A stretch of DNA of 64,000 bases from contig JBAWWO010000002.1 of NCBI GenBank assembly GCA_037146715.1, forward strand, positions 81,417 through 145,416, given 5' to 3'. The translations under genes were made by a program, and so were the position numbers. The DNA is from Alphaproteobacteria bacterium (GTDB lineage Bacteria > Pseudomonadota > Alphaproteobacteria > UBA7879 > UBA5542). A model generated the notes under the pieces. It did no database searches. It had not been told where the DNA came from and saw only the letters and a program-made list of their open reading frames with translations. This document shows, in pieces, positions 18,981 through 29,451 of this stretch. Each line of letters begins with the position of its first letter. Within the stretch, counting starts at the first letter, position 1.

Positions 18981-19451
18981 TTAAAGAATCCCTTGCAAAC
19001 TAGAATCCAACCTAGGCTTATGAGGATTGTTGACCCACAAGGGGATCAGCGTCCGTAAAGGTTCTGGCATCAGATTAGTACCCTCAAGATCTCCTAAGGC
19101 TACCCATTTAAAGGCACAATTTTGTTCAGGAGAAGTGGGAATAAAAGGATATTTTACTTCTGCAGATTCAGCCCAGAAAACAAAGTTACATTCATGGGTA
19201 TGACAGCCGCCGGATCTTTCGAAAGAGTATTCTAAAACACCCAGGAATTGGGTCTTCTGAAACACAAGGCCTGTTTCCTCTAGCAGTTCTCGCTTAATGG
19301 CTGTTTCAGCCCCCTCGCTCCATTCCACATGCCCCCCTGGCAGATTAGTGTAAATATGCTCACTGGGGGGGTGGTAGGTCACCAAAAGATGATCTTGATC
19401 TATGATCACCGCCCGGCTAATGAAGTGAATGGGTTTATAGGATTGTTCCAT
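18981..19451 (-). CDS. NUDIX hydrolase
   Basis: Nudix box GGHVEWSEGAETAIKRELLEETG. Confidence 0.85.
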   Translation of the reverse strand: MEQSYKPIHFISRAVIIDQDHLLVTYHPPSEHIYTNLPGGHVEWSEGAETAIKRELLEETGLVFQKTQFLGVLEYSFERSGGCHTHECNFVFWAESAEVKYPFIPTSPEQNCAFKWVALGDLEGTNLMPEPLRTLIPLWVNNPHKPRLDSSLQGIL

Positions 19452-21259
19452 TATTTTCTTTCAAACAATTTTTCAATATCATTTAAACTTAAAACAATAT
19501 GGGTGGGGCGTCCATGGTTACATTGGCCTGAATAGGGTGTTTTTTCCACCTGACGCAGCAGCTCATTCATTTCTGAAATCAGCATTTTATGGCCTGACCG
19601 AATACTGCCATGACAAGCCATTAGGGAACAAACTGCATTCAAGCGTTCTTCCAGGGTGGAACTTTTTCCTTGCTCTGTAATCTCTTCAGACAGATCTTTT
19701 GCCAGCTTTTTAATATCAAGATGGGCCAGCATTGCGGGCACTTCCCGAATCAAAACGGAATCTTCCCCAAAGGCTTCAAACACAAACCCCAACGCTTTCA
19801 AAGATTCCTCTTGCCCCAGCAAGGCTTGCAGATCATTACCTGAAAGCTTCACAACCTCTGGAATCAACAGAATCTGGCTTTTAACACCCGCTTCTTTAAA
19901 TTCTCTTTTCAGTTTTTCATACACAATCCGTTCATGGGCTGCGTGTTGATCTGTGACAACGATACCTTGCTTTGTTTGGCTAACAATATAGGTTTCATGG
20001 ACTTGAGCACAAGCCATCCCCAGGGGATATTCCTGCTGAACATCAGCCTGCATTTCCATTTCATAGGTACGGACCGAGGGGGCAAAATAAACCTCAGCCG
20101 GATCCTTTGCCGAAAGGTGTTCTGATGCTCGCAGAGGCATTTGATAGGATGCTGGCCTTGAAAAATTCGGTCTTATAGACTGCTGAAAAGATGACAAAGA
20201 AGGTGAGGCGGATTGAAATCTTTCTAGTGTTTTCTCAGAAACCGTATTGGAAGATCTATGCCCCATCTGAGCCAAAGTTTGTTTAAGTCCCCCAATCAAA
20301 AAAGATCGCACAAGATTGATATCTTTAAATCGAACCTCCGTTTTAGCGGGGTGAACATTCACATCTACATCCCTGGGGGGAAGGTTCAAAAACAAACTTA
20401 CTAAGGGATATCTGTCATGGGCTATAAAATCTTGATAGGCAAGTTTAACAGCTATTGTCAGCAGTTTATCTTTTACAGGGCGTCCATTCACAAACAGAAA
20501 TTGATGCTGGGCATTAGACCGATTCAAGGTGGGCAAGCTCACAAAGCCCGTTAACGTCATGTCTTCCCGTTCCAAATTAACGGGCAAAGAATTATCAAAA
20601 AATTCAGCCCCCATAATGTCAGAAATTCTTTTCAGTTGCCCCTGGGAATCAGGGGAATGCCCATCATACTTCCACAGGGTTTTTTCTTCTGTTTTAACCG
20701 TAAAAGCCACATGAGGATAAATCATGGATAGCCGCTGGAGTACATCCACCACATACCCTTGCTCCGTTGCCTTAGTGCGCAAAAATTTCAGGCGGGCGGG
20801 AATGGCATAAAATAAATCTTTAACTTCAATTTTGGTGCCTTCTGTCATGGCAACGGGTATGATTTCTCCCAACATCCCCCCTTCAACAGACAGGGAATAT
20901 CCATCCTCCTGTCCCCTGGCGCGGCTTTGTATTTTAAGACGGCTAATTGCGCCAATTGAGGGCAAAGCCTCCCCCCGGAACCCAAGGGTATTAATATTAA
21001 ACAAATCATCTTCAGGTAATTTTGATGTAGCATGCCGTTCAATACACAGGCGCAAATTATCCGCTGTCATGCCGTGCCCGTTATCCATAATACTTAAATA
21101 ACTAGCTCCTCCATCCCGCAAACTAACTTCTATATGGGTTGCCCCCGCATCTAAAGAGTTTTCAACCAGCTCTTTGACAACGGATGCAGGCCGCTCTACA
21201 ACTTCTCCTGCTGCAATTTGGTTTACAAGATGGGATGGTAAAAGACGAATTTTTGTCAT
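19451..21259 (-). CDS. mutL: DNA mismatch repair protein MutL (endonuclease-motif type)
   Basis: N-terminal GHKL ATPase (QIAAGEVVERPASVVKELVENSLDAG) and a C-terminal DQHAAHERIVYE motif. Confidence 0.95.
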   Translation of the reverse strand: MTKIRLLPSHLVNQIAAGEVVERPASVVKELVENSLDAGATHIEVSLRDGGASYLSIMDNGHGMTADNLRLCIERHATSKLPEDDLFNINTLGFRGEALPSIGAISRLKIQSRARGQEDGYSLSVEGGMLGEIIPVAMTEGTKIEVKDLFYAIPARLKFLRTKATEQGYVVDVLQRLSMIYPHVAFTVKTEEKTLWKYDGHSPDSQGQLKRISDIMGAEFFDNSLPVNLEREDMTLTGFVSLPTLNRSNAQHQFLFVNGRPVKDKLLTIAVKLAYQDFIAHDRYPLVSLFLNLPPRDVDVNVHPAKTEVRFKDINLVRSFLIGGLKQTLAQMGHRSSNTVSEKTLERFQSASPSLSSFQQSIRPNFSRPASYQMPLRASEHLSAKDPAEVYFAPSVRTYEMEMQADVQQEYPLGMACAQVHETYIVSQTKQGIVVTDQHAAHERIVYEKLKREFKEAGVKSQILLIPEVVKLSGNDLQALLGQEESLKALGFVFEAFGEDSVLIREVPAMLAHLDIKKLAKDLSEEITEQGKSSTLEERLNAVCSLMACHGSIRSGHKMLISEMNELLRQVEKTPYSGQCNHGRPTHIVLSLNDIEKLFERK

Positions 21260-21262
21260 GAA

Positions 21263-22561
21263 TCACAGGGGCTGATGTTCTTGCTCTTTAATTTTTTTGA
21301 CAAGATAGGATTTGGCCAGCTTCTTGCCCTGCTCAACGGCCTGTTGATCAAAGGCATTAATTTTATACAAGTCTGCCATCACAATCGTTTCCAGCATGAA
21401 ATGCATCATCAGGGCCCCCATAGAGCCTTCGTTCAGCTCAGGCAAATGAATATGTCTGGTGGGTCTATTATTGGCGATTAGTGTATCAATGGTTGCTTTT
21501 TGTTCCGCCTCAATCAAATCAGCCATGGTTGCATCCAACAGAAATTCCACTTGAAGATCATGGGCAATATCTGCCAAAACCTTTGGCCCCTTAATCATAT
21601 GATCTAAAGTAACAACAGTGAAAAACTTATCACAAGGCCCATCCAAATAAAGCTGTAACTGACTATGTTGGTCAACAGCCCCTAATGCATCAATGGGTGT
21701 TGTGCCTTTGCCGTTTTTCCCCAGGCTTTCTGCCCATAATTGTCGGTACCATTTTGAGAAAATGCTCAAACGATCCACATAAGGCATCAAGACTGATTGA
21801 GAAATATTATGCTTTGTGGCCAGAGTGTATTGAACAGCTGCCCCTAAAACGGGGTCTAATTCCAAAACATTATTTGTTTCCAAAAGTTTATCAAAAACAT
21901 AAGCAGCACCCTCGCGAACAGCCACAGGATTAAGACCTGCAATCATGGCAGGCAAAAGCCCTACAGAGGACAAAACTGAAAAGCGCCCTCCCAATTTAGG
22001 ATCATGCTCCAGAAATGGAATTTCCCAACGGTCTGCAAATATTTTGAAGGGGGAGGTTTTATTTTCCGTTAAAATAATGAAATGATTTTTGAGCGCTTGA
22101 GGACCAATTTCTTTCAGCCACTTTTTTGCCAGCAACAAAAACTGCATCATGGTTTCAGGCGTGCTGCCTGACTTAGAAATGGCAATGACTGCTGTCGACT
22201 GAATTTCTATTTTTTGGCACAAAGACAAAAAAGTATGGGGGTCTATATTATCTAAAAAATGCAGCTTGGGATTAGATTGAGACGACAAAGCGCACAGTGC
22301 CTTCCCCCCCAAGCTTGATCCCCCAGTGCCCAAAATAATAACATCAGAAAAATCATCTTGAAGCCGTAAAACCAGCTCTTTTAAATCTTCGATATCCTTG
22401 CGGAAATAGGGCAGCCTTAATAAGGGAAGACCTCCCTCTTTGTAAGAATTTCTTAAAGTGTCAACCGAGTTTTCTAAAGTTGTTTTTAAGGGCTTGATGA
22501 AGTCCGAGGAGAGACCTTCTTTCCCCAGCCCAAAACAACCTTGTAAATTTTGATGATACAT
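21263..22561 (-). CDS. pgi: glucose-6-phosphate isomerase (short form)
   Basis: ILGTGGSSLGGKAL, ISKSGSTPET and a sugar-isomerase C-domain. The start is taken at the ATG at 22561, preceded by AAGGA. An alternative start at 22579 overlaps the upstream gene. Confidence 0.9.
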   Translation of the reverse strand: MYHQNLQGCFGLGKEGLSSDFIKPLKTTLENSVDTLRNSYKEGGLPLLRLPYFRKDIEDLKELVLRLQDDFSDVIILGTGGSSLGGKALCALSSQSNPKLHFLDNIDPHTFLSLCQKIEIQSTAVIAISKSGSTPETMMQFLLLAKKWLKEIGPQALKNHFIILTENKTSPFKIFADRWEIPFLEHDPKLGGRFSVLSSVGLLPAMIAGLNPVAVREGAAYVFDKLLETNNVLELDPVLGAAVQYTLATKHNISQSVLMPYVDRLSIFSKWYRQLWAESLGKNGKGTTPIDALGAVDQHSQLQLYLDGPCDKFFTVVTLDHMIKGPKVLADIAHDLQVEFLLDATMADLIEAEQKATIDTLIANNRPTRHIHLPELNEGSMGALMMHFMLETIVMADLYKINAFDQQAVEQGKKLAKSYLVKKIKEQEHQPL

Positions 22562-22571
22562 TGTGTCCTTT

Positions 22572-23111
22572 TTATTCATCGTCTTCTGTAGACGCAGCAG
22601 AATTTAAAATGGGTGAGTTTTCTTTTTCTAGGGTTTCTTTTTCTTCTTCAGGGTCAATCACTTTTCCCCGCTTCTTTTTTTTCCAAAAGAAAATTTGATC
22701 TTTAATTTTTTGTTCCAGGGTAGGTTCATGATGAGCTTCTTGGTCTATCGTCTGCCGGATTCCTTCTTGTTTTTTATTGACCCCAATTTTTTCTAGAAGC
22801 ATTTGTTCGCTTTTAACTTCTAAATCTGGTTTCCGGTCTATCTTTTTTGAAGCTGGCATTGTTTTGGGATGGGAAACAGTTGAATCTGACACGATAATGT
22901 TCATGGCTTTTTGACTGATAGATTGTTGTTGGGGGCGCCTAATGCCCAGCTTTGGATCTTGCAAAACAATCGTCGTGGGCATTTCAAGCCCTTCATTTCT
23001 TAGGGATTCATACTCATTAGGACCTTCTCGATTCAAACCCATATGTTCACGGACGGAAGAACAGCCGGCAAGAATAAGGCACAGGGCAAAACTTATTATT
23101 GGATATCTCAT
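22572..23111 (-). CDS. lipoprotein, DUF3035/BamF-like
   Basis: Lipobox LILAGCSS, followed by G..REGPNEY...L.MP....L.DPK.G.RRPQ, which resembles alphaproteobacterial DUF3035 proteins. Confidence 0.6.
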   Translation of the reverse strand: MRYPIISFALCLILAGCSSVREHMGLNREGPNEYESLRNEGLEMPTTIVLQDPKLGIRRPQQQSISQKAMNIIVSDSTVSHPKTMPASKKIDRKPDLEVKSEQMLLEKIGVNKKQEGIRQTIDQEAHHEPTLEQKIKDQIFFWKKKKRGKVIDPEEEKETLEKENSPILNSAASTEDDE

Positions 23112-23123
23112 TTCAAACTAACG

Positions 23124-24281
23124 TTACTTTTGTCCCACCTTAGTTTTCGTCCACATCCGTGTCAACTCTCTTTCGAAGCTTAAAGTTAAAACTTCATTAA
23201 TTCTAAAGTTTTCAAAGACCATTTTGGGATAAAGGAGGGGATTATTTCGTAAGGACGGGGGTAAATGCTTCAAAGCAGCATCATTAGCAATGGGGGACAA
23301 AAGATATTTAATATTTCTGGCTGCAATATCTCCCCTCATCATAAAGTCTAAAAACTTGTAGGCATTTTCCAGATGGGGCGCCCCACGGGGAATCACAAAT
23401 AAATCACACCAAAAACCTTGATACTCTTTGGGGATAAAGAACTCTAGCTGAACAGGTTTTCTGGAAGATTTGGCTTCAACCTGGGCCCGCAACGCTTCCC
23501 CAGACCAAGTCTGCATCAAACAAACTTCCCCATTCACCAAATCATTAATCATGCGTCCCGCATTAGCTGTGAAATTTTTAACATGGGGACGCATTTTTTT
23601 TAAGATTTTACGGGCTGTTTCAATTTGAGAAAAATCCCCATAATTCGGCTGAATTCCTTTGTAGTACAAAACGGATTCCACTAAATCTTGGGGGTAATCA
23701 AGCAGGGTTACCCCACACTTGGAAAGTTTTTTGATTTGTTCTTCGTCATAAACAAAAGACAAACTATCCGGCGGCAGTTTTTGATAAGGGAAAATCTTTT
23801 TTATCTTGTTGGCGTCATAAGCAAACCCTGTCACCCCCCAAGTAAAGGGAATGCCATAGGCATTGTCTTCATCTAACGCTTCCAAAAGACTTAGAATTGT
23901 TTCATCTAAATTGCCCCAGTTCTTCAACTTAGATTTATCAAGGGGTGTGAAAATTTTATCTTTTAGCAAAACCTGTCGGCCGAAGTAAGGGGTTGCCGAT
24001 GGCATTACAATATCGTACCCGGATTTTCCAGTAAGTAATTTGGCTTCTAAAATTTCATCACTTTCATAATAATCCATATGGACAGTGATGCCCGTTTCTT
24101 TTTCAAAATCTTTGATAGTTTCTGGATCAAAGGTATGCATCCAGGTATAAATCAAAAGCACCTTTTCTTTTTTTTCAGAATCAGCAAAGGGATTATAGAA
24201 AACAATTAAAACTAAAAGAGCTCCTATCAAAAGGCTCCAAAGGAAGAGGACGGGTTTTTTCACTATTCTTGGATGCTCCAT
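23124..24281 (-). CDS. PotD/PotF-like periplasmic polyamine-binding protein homologue with N-terminal membrane anchor
   Basis: Solute-binding family 1 pattern (VLLIYTWMHTFDPETIKDFEKETGITV...YDIVMPS...). The N-terminus KKPVLFLWSLLIGALLVLIVFY looks like an uncleaved TM anchor. The ATG overlaps the tssA 3-prime end by 19 nt. Confidence 0.8.
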   Translation of the reverse strand: MEHPRIVKKPVLFLWSLLIGALLVLIVFYNPFADSEKKEKVLLIYTWMHTFDPETIKDFEKETGITVHMDYYESDEILEAKLLTGKSGYDIVMPSATPYFGRQVLLKDKIFTPLDKSKLKNWGNLDETILSLLEALDEDNAYGIPFTWGVTGFAYDANKIKKIFPYQKLPPDSLSFVYDEEQIKKLSKCGVTLLDYPQDLVESVLYYKGIQPNYGDFSQIETARKILKKMRPHVKNFTANAGRMINDLVNGEVCLMQTWSGEALRAQVEAKSSRKPVQLEFFIPKEYQGFWCDLFVIPRGAPHLENAYKFLDFMMRGDIAARNIKYLLSPIANDAALKHLPPSLRNNPLLYPKMVFENFRINEVLTLSFERELTRMWTKTKVGQK

Positions 24282-25414
24282 AGGGGTTTAGCTGGTTCTT
24301 TAGAAGCATTCGAAGAAGCTGCATTTATAACCTGGTTATTTCCTAAGGGAGCATTGCCGGCAACGCCCAGAAGGCGACGAAGATCCGTCAGCGCATTGCC
24401 ATCGGCCACCATTTCTTTCAGCAAGTCCTCAAAGGGCAAGTTCCCCCACCTAACTGCCCGCTTAATCAAATAGGGGGCGGGACTATGGGGATCTAGTTGT
24501 GATAAATACTCAGCAGCCTTTTCTATCATGGCATAGGCCTCGGCCCGACCGTGAATCACATCATCCAGGGATGAAGGTTTATCCGCAGATACAGGCTCTA
24601 ATTGGATTGTTTCCGTTGTTTTTTTAGCATTTTCTTTTGCTTGCTCTTCTGCACGGCGCTCTGTCAAAATCATTTCCAAATACTGATTAAATTGATCCAG
24701 TTTCTCCTGAATTCTATACAATGATGGGCTTGATTTTTCCAGTTTTTGATCTAAAAAAGTTTGTAAAGTTTTGATTGTTTCTTTTGTTTGATCCACAGAT
24801 TCTTTAAACTGAGCAAAAAAAGCTGTGTCTGTTTTTTTAACACTTGCCTTTAAATCTAGTGCTTTCTTTTCACGACTGACCTGATTGGCTGCATTCGGAG
24901 CTACCTTTGTATCCGTTGTATAATGGGTATCGATATAGGCAGAAAAACTATAGACTAAAGTATCCTTATCGGTTGGGGCTGTGATGATAATTCTGTTCAA
25001 GTATTCCGATAGTTTTTCATTGATCCAATTAAAGGGTCCCACCCGATATTCCAGATCATCTGGGCCAATAGCGGGGTAAGCAATATCCCAATATTTTTCA
25101 GAAAGTTTCAGCAAAAGTTCAAACCCCTTTTGCAAACCTTCTATATTGTATAGAAACATCCAAGACCGAATCAACCACGAAGCAATCTGCAAGTCTTTTG
25201 ACTGGTCTGTCAGAATACCAGTGCACAGGGTTTCAACCTTTTTCCAGTCAGCGGTTTTCAAATCCTTAACCCAAACGCCTTGGGGCAGGTCTAAATCTTC
25301 GCGAGATGCCTCTTGAATATCATCATAGATCACATCATATTTCAGATCTTTTCCTTGGGGATCTTTCCCCGGAATATCTTTTAAATAGACATTAAGATCA
25401 TCAATGGGGTTCAT
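24263..25414 (-). CDS. tssA: type VI secretion protein TssA (ImpA N-terminal domain)
   Basis: GKDLKYDVIYDDIQEA...LPQGVW...ADWKKVETLC..IL...SKDLQIASWL matches ImpA_N. ATGA overlap with the tssM stop. Confidence 0.8.
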   Translation of the reverse strand: MNPIDDLNVYLKDIPGKDPQGKDLKYDVIYDDIQEASREDLDLPQGVWVKDLKTADWKKVETLCTGILTDQSKDLQIASWLIRSWMFLYNIEGLQKGFELLLKLSEKYWDIAYPAIGPDDLEYRVGPFNWINEKLSEYLNRIIITAPTDKDTLVYSFSAYIDTHYTTDTKVAPNAANQVSREKKALDLKASVKKTDTAFFAQFKESVDQTKETIKTLQTFLDQKLEKSSPSLYRIQEKLDQFNQYLEMILTERRAEEQAKENAKKTTETIQLEPVSADKPSSLDDVIHGRAEAYAMIEKAAEYLSQLDPHSPAPYLIKRAVRWGNLPFEDLLKEMVADGNALTDLRRLLGVAGNAPLGNNQVINAASSNASKEPAKPLWSIQE

Positions 25415-28400
25415 AGAACTCCTTCCCGTAAGACTGGCGCAGAAGTGGGGAATTTGGGAATCTTGAAATCAATTGCTGTTGTGCCCATGGTATCAACAGG
25501 CACAACCTGTACATACAATTTAGCATTTGTAGCTGCTGGCCCATTCGGGGCAGGCGCCAGTGGAATTGTAAATCCAAGGGTGACATCGTTAATAGAGGAC
25601 CCGCCATCTTTTGCAGACACCAGATGAAGCATCATAGCCCTTAGCAGTGCCCAAGTGCCGTCATAGACAAAAAGACTTCTTTTTTCCATGGGGATCAGGG
25701 CCGGATCTCTGGGATCTTTTGTCGCAAAAACAGGAAAATTGGGCATCCATTCAAAACCAAAGGATATGGGGGTGCCCAGTTCATAGCGAATGGTGTTAGC
25801 ATTCCCATTTTCTTTTAAGCTTAATACTTTATCATTGTTAATAAATGCCCAGTCAGCCAAGCGATCCGCCAGCAAAGATTTAGCCTTGTTTTCGTTAAAT
25901 TTAAGGATAAAGCTAAGACCAGGGGCACCATCTTTTTTAATAGGGGCAAAGTATTTATCAAAGAAAGTTTTGATCTCACGCATGTTGGCCATAAATTGCT
26001 TAGAGTGAGACCAAAAATGTCCAGGTTTTGCAACAGCATCAATTGATGCAATAACATCAGGGGTTAACAAGTCTAGCTCTTTAAAGAAACCATTCAGAAC
26101 ATCATATGACACATCTGAATCTGAATTAGGATCTTTTGAAACAATAGCAACGAAGGGGAATGAATTCGCTAAGTTTGCATTGAAATAATCAGAGACTTTT
26201 TTATACTGGGCAATCCCCTTTTCAGCGGCTAACTGCTGACACCTTTTATACATACTCTTCATGATTAAGTTGCGTTTTTGCAGGAAGAAATCTCCTGTAG
26301 GGGCATTCATAACAGCTGGATCTAACAGGGTAAAACAGTTGTCGTAGGTAATTTTATTGCCATCTTCTTCCAAGAATTTTTCCAGTACTTTCATGGACCC
26401 TGTTGTTTTGCCCTTGTCATAGGCCGCTGCTTCATCAAGCAATCCGCCCCACCGGGTTACAACCTTAATTTGATCAATGGAAAGCCGGAAAGAATCTGAC
26501 TTCAGAAAACTTACAACAGGCGATGCGTGCCGCAAAGCTAAACTCATCACTCGGGCGCTCTGATTGGTGAAATAGCTGATCATTTCTGTTTGATCAGAAA
26601 GATTATAGGCGCCCAAAAGTCCATTGGCTTCCCCATTCCACCGTTTGAAATCAGGATCAACCGGTTCATAGAAATCACTATTTGTTAGGGCCTGATCTAT
26701 TGTTTCGAGGCTACTGTACATTTGGGTGAATAATAAGCTCTTAAGTCGTGCATAGGTGGCGCGCGCGCCAATATCATCTAACGTCTTCAAAAGCTTTACA
26801 AACAAGGGTCCTGTTTCGCTAATGTTATTGGCTTGCACCTGAGATGCATTGTCAGCCTGACTCCCCCAATTTTGGGAGGGGACTTCATAAAAAGTTTGGG
26901 CCCGTTCCAACATAACTTCAATATTAGTCTGAAGTTGCTCTTGTCCAACCAGCCGCAAGACATCCTGCAAATTAACAGGATAAGAAGAAAGATCCATCTC
27001 AACAAAGGTTCGGTAATTTTCAATTAAGGCCAACGCATTTCGAACGCTATTCGGGTCCCAATACAAAAATTGTCCATCGGGAATTCTGTCAATAAACTTA
27101 CTGCCTGATGCTTTTTGCATAAAAGGTTGATCCAGGAAAGTATTTAGCCCTTTTTCTAGTTTTAATAGCCCCTCAGAGGGAGTCAAAGAATTAGTAGCTG
27201 AAGACCAGGTTAAGAAATACCCAGTTAAAGGAGACCCATAACTTCTTAAATAGGTGGCTGATTTTTGATAAAGCTTTTCTGCAGTGTCAGAAATTTTTCT
27301 ATAAACTGGCTCAGTAAAAATAGGAATACTTTTTATGGTATCCATCAATTTTTGATATCTGGAACCCGGGTCAAAGACTGGGTTTGTAAGCCATCTTCCC
27401 CCCGCATTGGTAATGAATGACAGAACATCTTTTATTTCTACCAAGCTGTTTCGGAAACTATCCAAATCCGGCACACCACGCCCTTCAACTCTCTCTAAAG
27501 TTTTTTGCAATTTATAGATCAGGGCTGCGTTATATTCGGGATCAAGAACACGTTTCAAGAAATTGTTATACAGTTCATAGAGTCTTTTTTCAGCAAACAA
27601 ATTATAACGATCCAGATAAAAAGGCTTACAAGAACTATCAGAAATCAATCCCTGCAGAAAAGTTTCACTAGAAGGTGTCAAAGATTTTTTAAGATTGTAT
27701 CCGTCATACAAATAGGCCGTGAATTGGGCGAACAAATCTATCTTCTTCATGAAAGCCTGGGCATTATAGTCAATGGTCATTGTATGTAGCTTTTGTAAGG
27801 CCTTTACGTATCCTTCTAGCAGTAAAAATTCCGGCGTTTCCGTGGGGCTTAAAACTGTTTTTTTGTCCAGGGGCATGGATGGCATGGCAAGGGGCGTTAT
27901 CAAAAGACGTTGGGCCTTTATGTCCAGGTTGCTGGCTATACGATCCCCGATAAATTTGTCATAGAAAAACTGGCAAATTTCTTTCAGATTATAATCTGCA
28001 ACAAGGGCCCAGGTGGGGATGTAAGTTCGCGTATTTCCAACTTGGACTATAAGATCTAAAATGCTTTGAGCCTGGGAAATATTTTCAACCCCTTGGCTGG
28101 TAGAATTTAAGTTTTCAAGGGAATGGAGCACATTCACCATAGATGGCTTCAGTTGATCAACAGCATTCGATACATTTTTTTGGACCCAGTAAGTTCCTAA
28201 GAAACCCAAAACAAGGGTAGAAAAAATGCCAACACGCCCGATATTTAAAGTACGGTTAGCAGAAAGCAAAAATCTTTTAAAGGGCGCAGCAACACCCACT
28301 TCCTGAAAAATCTTTTTGTCAAAAAGATCCTTTAAAAACAGATGAGAAAATTCTGATGAGCCAGGCACTTCTTCCTGTTGCCCGGTCGCATAAATTCCTC

Positions 28401-29451
28401 GCAGAATAAAGTGATCCCTATAATCTTCTTCTTTAAAAATTGCATTCAAATACGTCTGAAGGCCTGATTCAATCTGGGCAAAATTATCTGGAAAAACCAT
28501 AATGTCGTCCTGATAAACAACGGCTTCCTTTTTGGCAAATATTTTGAGTAAACTTTTCAGCAGAAAATCTTGGACGGAAGAAAAAGCTTCCTTGATCCAC
28601 GCGGAATTATAGGAAAGATCGGTTGTATAGGGATTAGACCAACCGAAAATTTCTTCTAAAGATTTTAGGGAAAGTTCCTTTGAAAACCCTTTGAATCCAC
28701 CCACCAAATCACACTTAGTCAGAAGCACATAAATGGGCAATTTTAGCCCCAGCATATCTTCTGTCTGAATTAATTTTTCTGAAAGCTCTTGCCCTTTTTT
28801 GGCCAACTGGTCTGCAGACAAAACATCAGGCCCCAAGAAATAAGAGCTGGGAACTGTTAGAATAATACCGTCTAAGGGGCGTGCTGGGCGATATCTTTTT
28901 AAGGCCAGCAAAAAATGATGCCACCGGTCCTTGTGAAGCGTTTCCCCGTTCACTACAGACCCCTTCAGATCAATCACAATACCATGTTCGTAGAACCACC
29001 ATTGCATTAAGGGATGATCAAAAGGCATGCCAAAATTAGGGCTGATTAAGGGGTTGGGCAACTTTGCTTGAGCAAGCAAACTAGACTTACCAGATCCCGT
29101 ATCTCCAACCATAACAAACCACGGTAATTTATAAGAATAGTCTTTGCCGTCAATATGGGCAGCCAATGCCTTTTTAGCTGCCCGAATGGAATCATAAAAG
29201 GCCCCAATAGGGCGAATTCTTAAAACATCTAAAACTTGCTCAAGAAATTGGAAGACAGGTTGCCAAAAAAGATTATTGTCACTGTCCCAACCCAATTTCT
29301 TAAACAAGGGAGAACTTTTTAGGCCAAGACCTTCAAACTGTTTCTTTAAAGAAAATCCTGAAAAATAGACAATGACAAAGAAAATCATGCCCACCAAAAG
29401 GAAGATGGTCAGTAAAAAATAGGGCAAAGAATCAGTTAAATGTTCCAGCAT
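25411..29451 (-). CDS. tssM: type VI secretion membrane protein TssM (IcmF family), 1346 aa
   Basis: N-terminal TM segment, Walker A VMVGDTGSGKSSLL, a second TM segment (IFSTLVLGFLGTYWV), and a long periplasmic IcmF-like region. Confidence 0.85.
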   Translation of the reverse strand: MLEHLTDSLPYFLLTIFLLVGMIFFVIVYFSGFSLKKQFEGLGLKSSPLFKKLGWDSDNNLFWQPVFQFLEQVLDVLRIRPIGAFYDSIRAAKKALAAHIDGKDYSYKLPWFVMVGDTGSGKSSLLAQAKLPNPLISPNFGMPFDHPLMQWWFYEHGIVIDLKGSVVNGETLHKDRWHHFLLALKRYRPARPLDGIILTVPSSYFLGPDVLSADQLAKKGQELSEKLIQTEDMLGLKLPIYVLLTKCDLVGGFKGFSKELSLKSLEEIFGWSNPYTTDLSYNSAWIKEAFSSVQDFLLKSLLKIFAKKEAVVYQDDIMVFPDNFAQIESGLQTYLNAIFKEEDYRDHFILRGIYATGQQEEVPGSSEFSHLFLKDLFDKKIFQEVGVAAPFKRFLLSANRTLNIGRVGIFSTLVLGFLGTYWVQKNVSNAVDQLKPSMVNVLHSLENLNSTSQGVENISQAQSILDLIVQVGNTRTYIPTWALVADYNLKEICQFFYDKFIGDRIASNLDIKAQRLLITPLAMPSMPLDKKTVLSPTETPEFLLLEGYVKALQKLHTMTIDYNAQAFMKKIDLFAQFTAYLYDGYNLKKSLTPSSETFLQGLISDSSCKPFYLDRYNLFAEKRLYELYNNFLKRVLDPEYNAALIYKLQKTLERVEGRGVPDLDSFRNSLVEIKDVLSFITNAGGRWLTNPVFDPGSRYQKLMDTIKSIPIFTEPVYRKISDTAEKLYQKSATYLRSYGSPLTGYFLTWSSATNSLTPSEGLLKLEKGLNTFLDQPFMQKASGSKFIDRIPDGQFLYWDPNSVRNALALIENYRTFVEMDLSSYPVNLQDVLRLVGQEQLQTNIEVMLERAQTFYEVPSQNWGSQADNASQVQANNISETGPLFVKLLKTLDDIGARATYARLKSLLFTQMYSSLETIDQALTNSDFYEPVDPDFKRWNGEANGLLGAYNLSDQTEMISYFTNQSARVMSLALRHASPVVSFLKSDSFRLSIDQIKVVTRWGGLLDEAAAYDKGKTTGSMKVLEKFLEEDGNKITYDNCFTLLDPAVMNAPTGDFFLQKRNLIMKSMYKRCQQLAAEKGIAQYKKVSDYFNANLANSFPFVAIVSKDPNSDSDVSYDVLNGFFKELDLLTPDVIASIDAVAKPGHFWSHSKQFMANMREIKTFFDKYFAPIKKDGAPGLSFILKFNENKAKSLLADRLADWAFINNDKVLSLKENGNANTIRYELGTPISFGFEWMPNFPVFATKDPRDPALIPMEKRSLFVYDGTWALLRAMMLHLVSAKDGGSSINDVTLGFTIPLAPAPNGPAATNAKLYVQVVPVDTMGTTAIDFKIPKFPTSAPVLREGVL

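Noticed and set aside
22572-23111. The lipoprotein downstream of the T6SS genes as the missing TssJ
   Set aside because: Its size and lipobox would fit. However, the sequence (G.NREGPNEY...MP...DPKLGIRRPQ, long charged C-terminus) resembles alphaproteobacterial DUF3035/BamF-like lipoproteins and not the compact beta-sandwich TssJ. The question stays open only if a structure prediction says otherwise.
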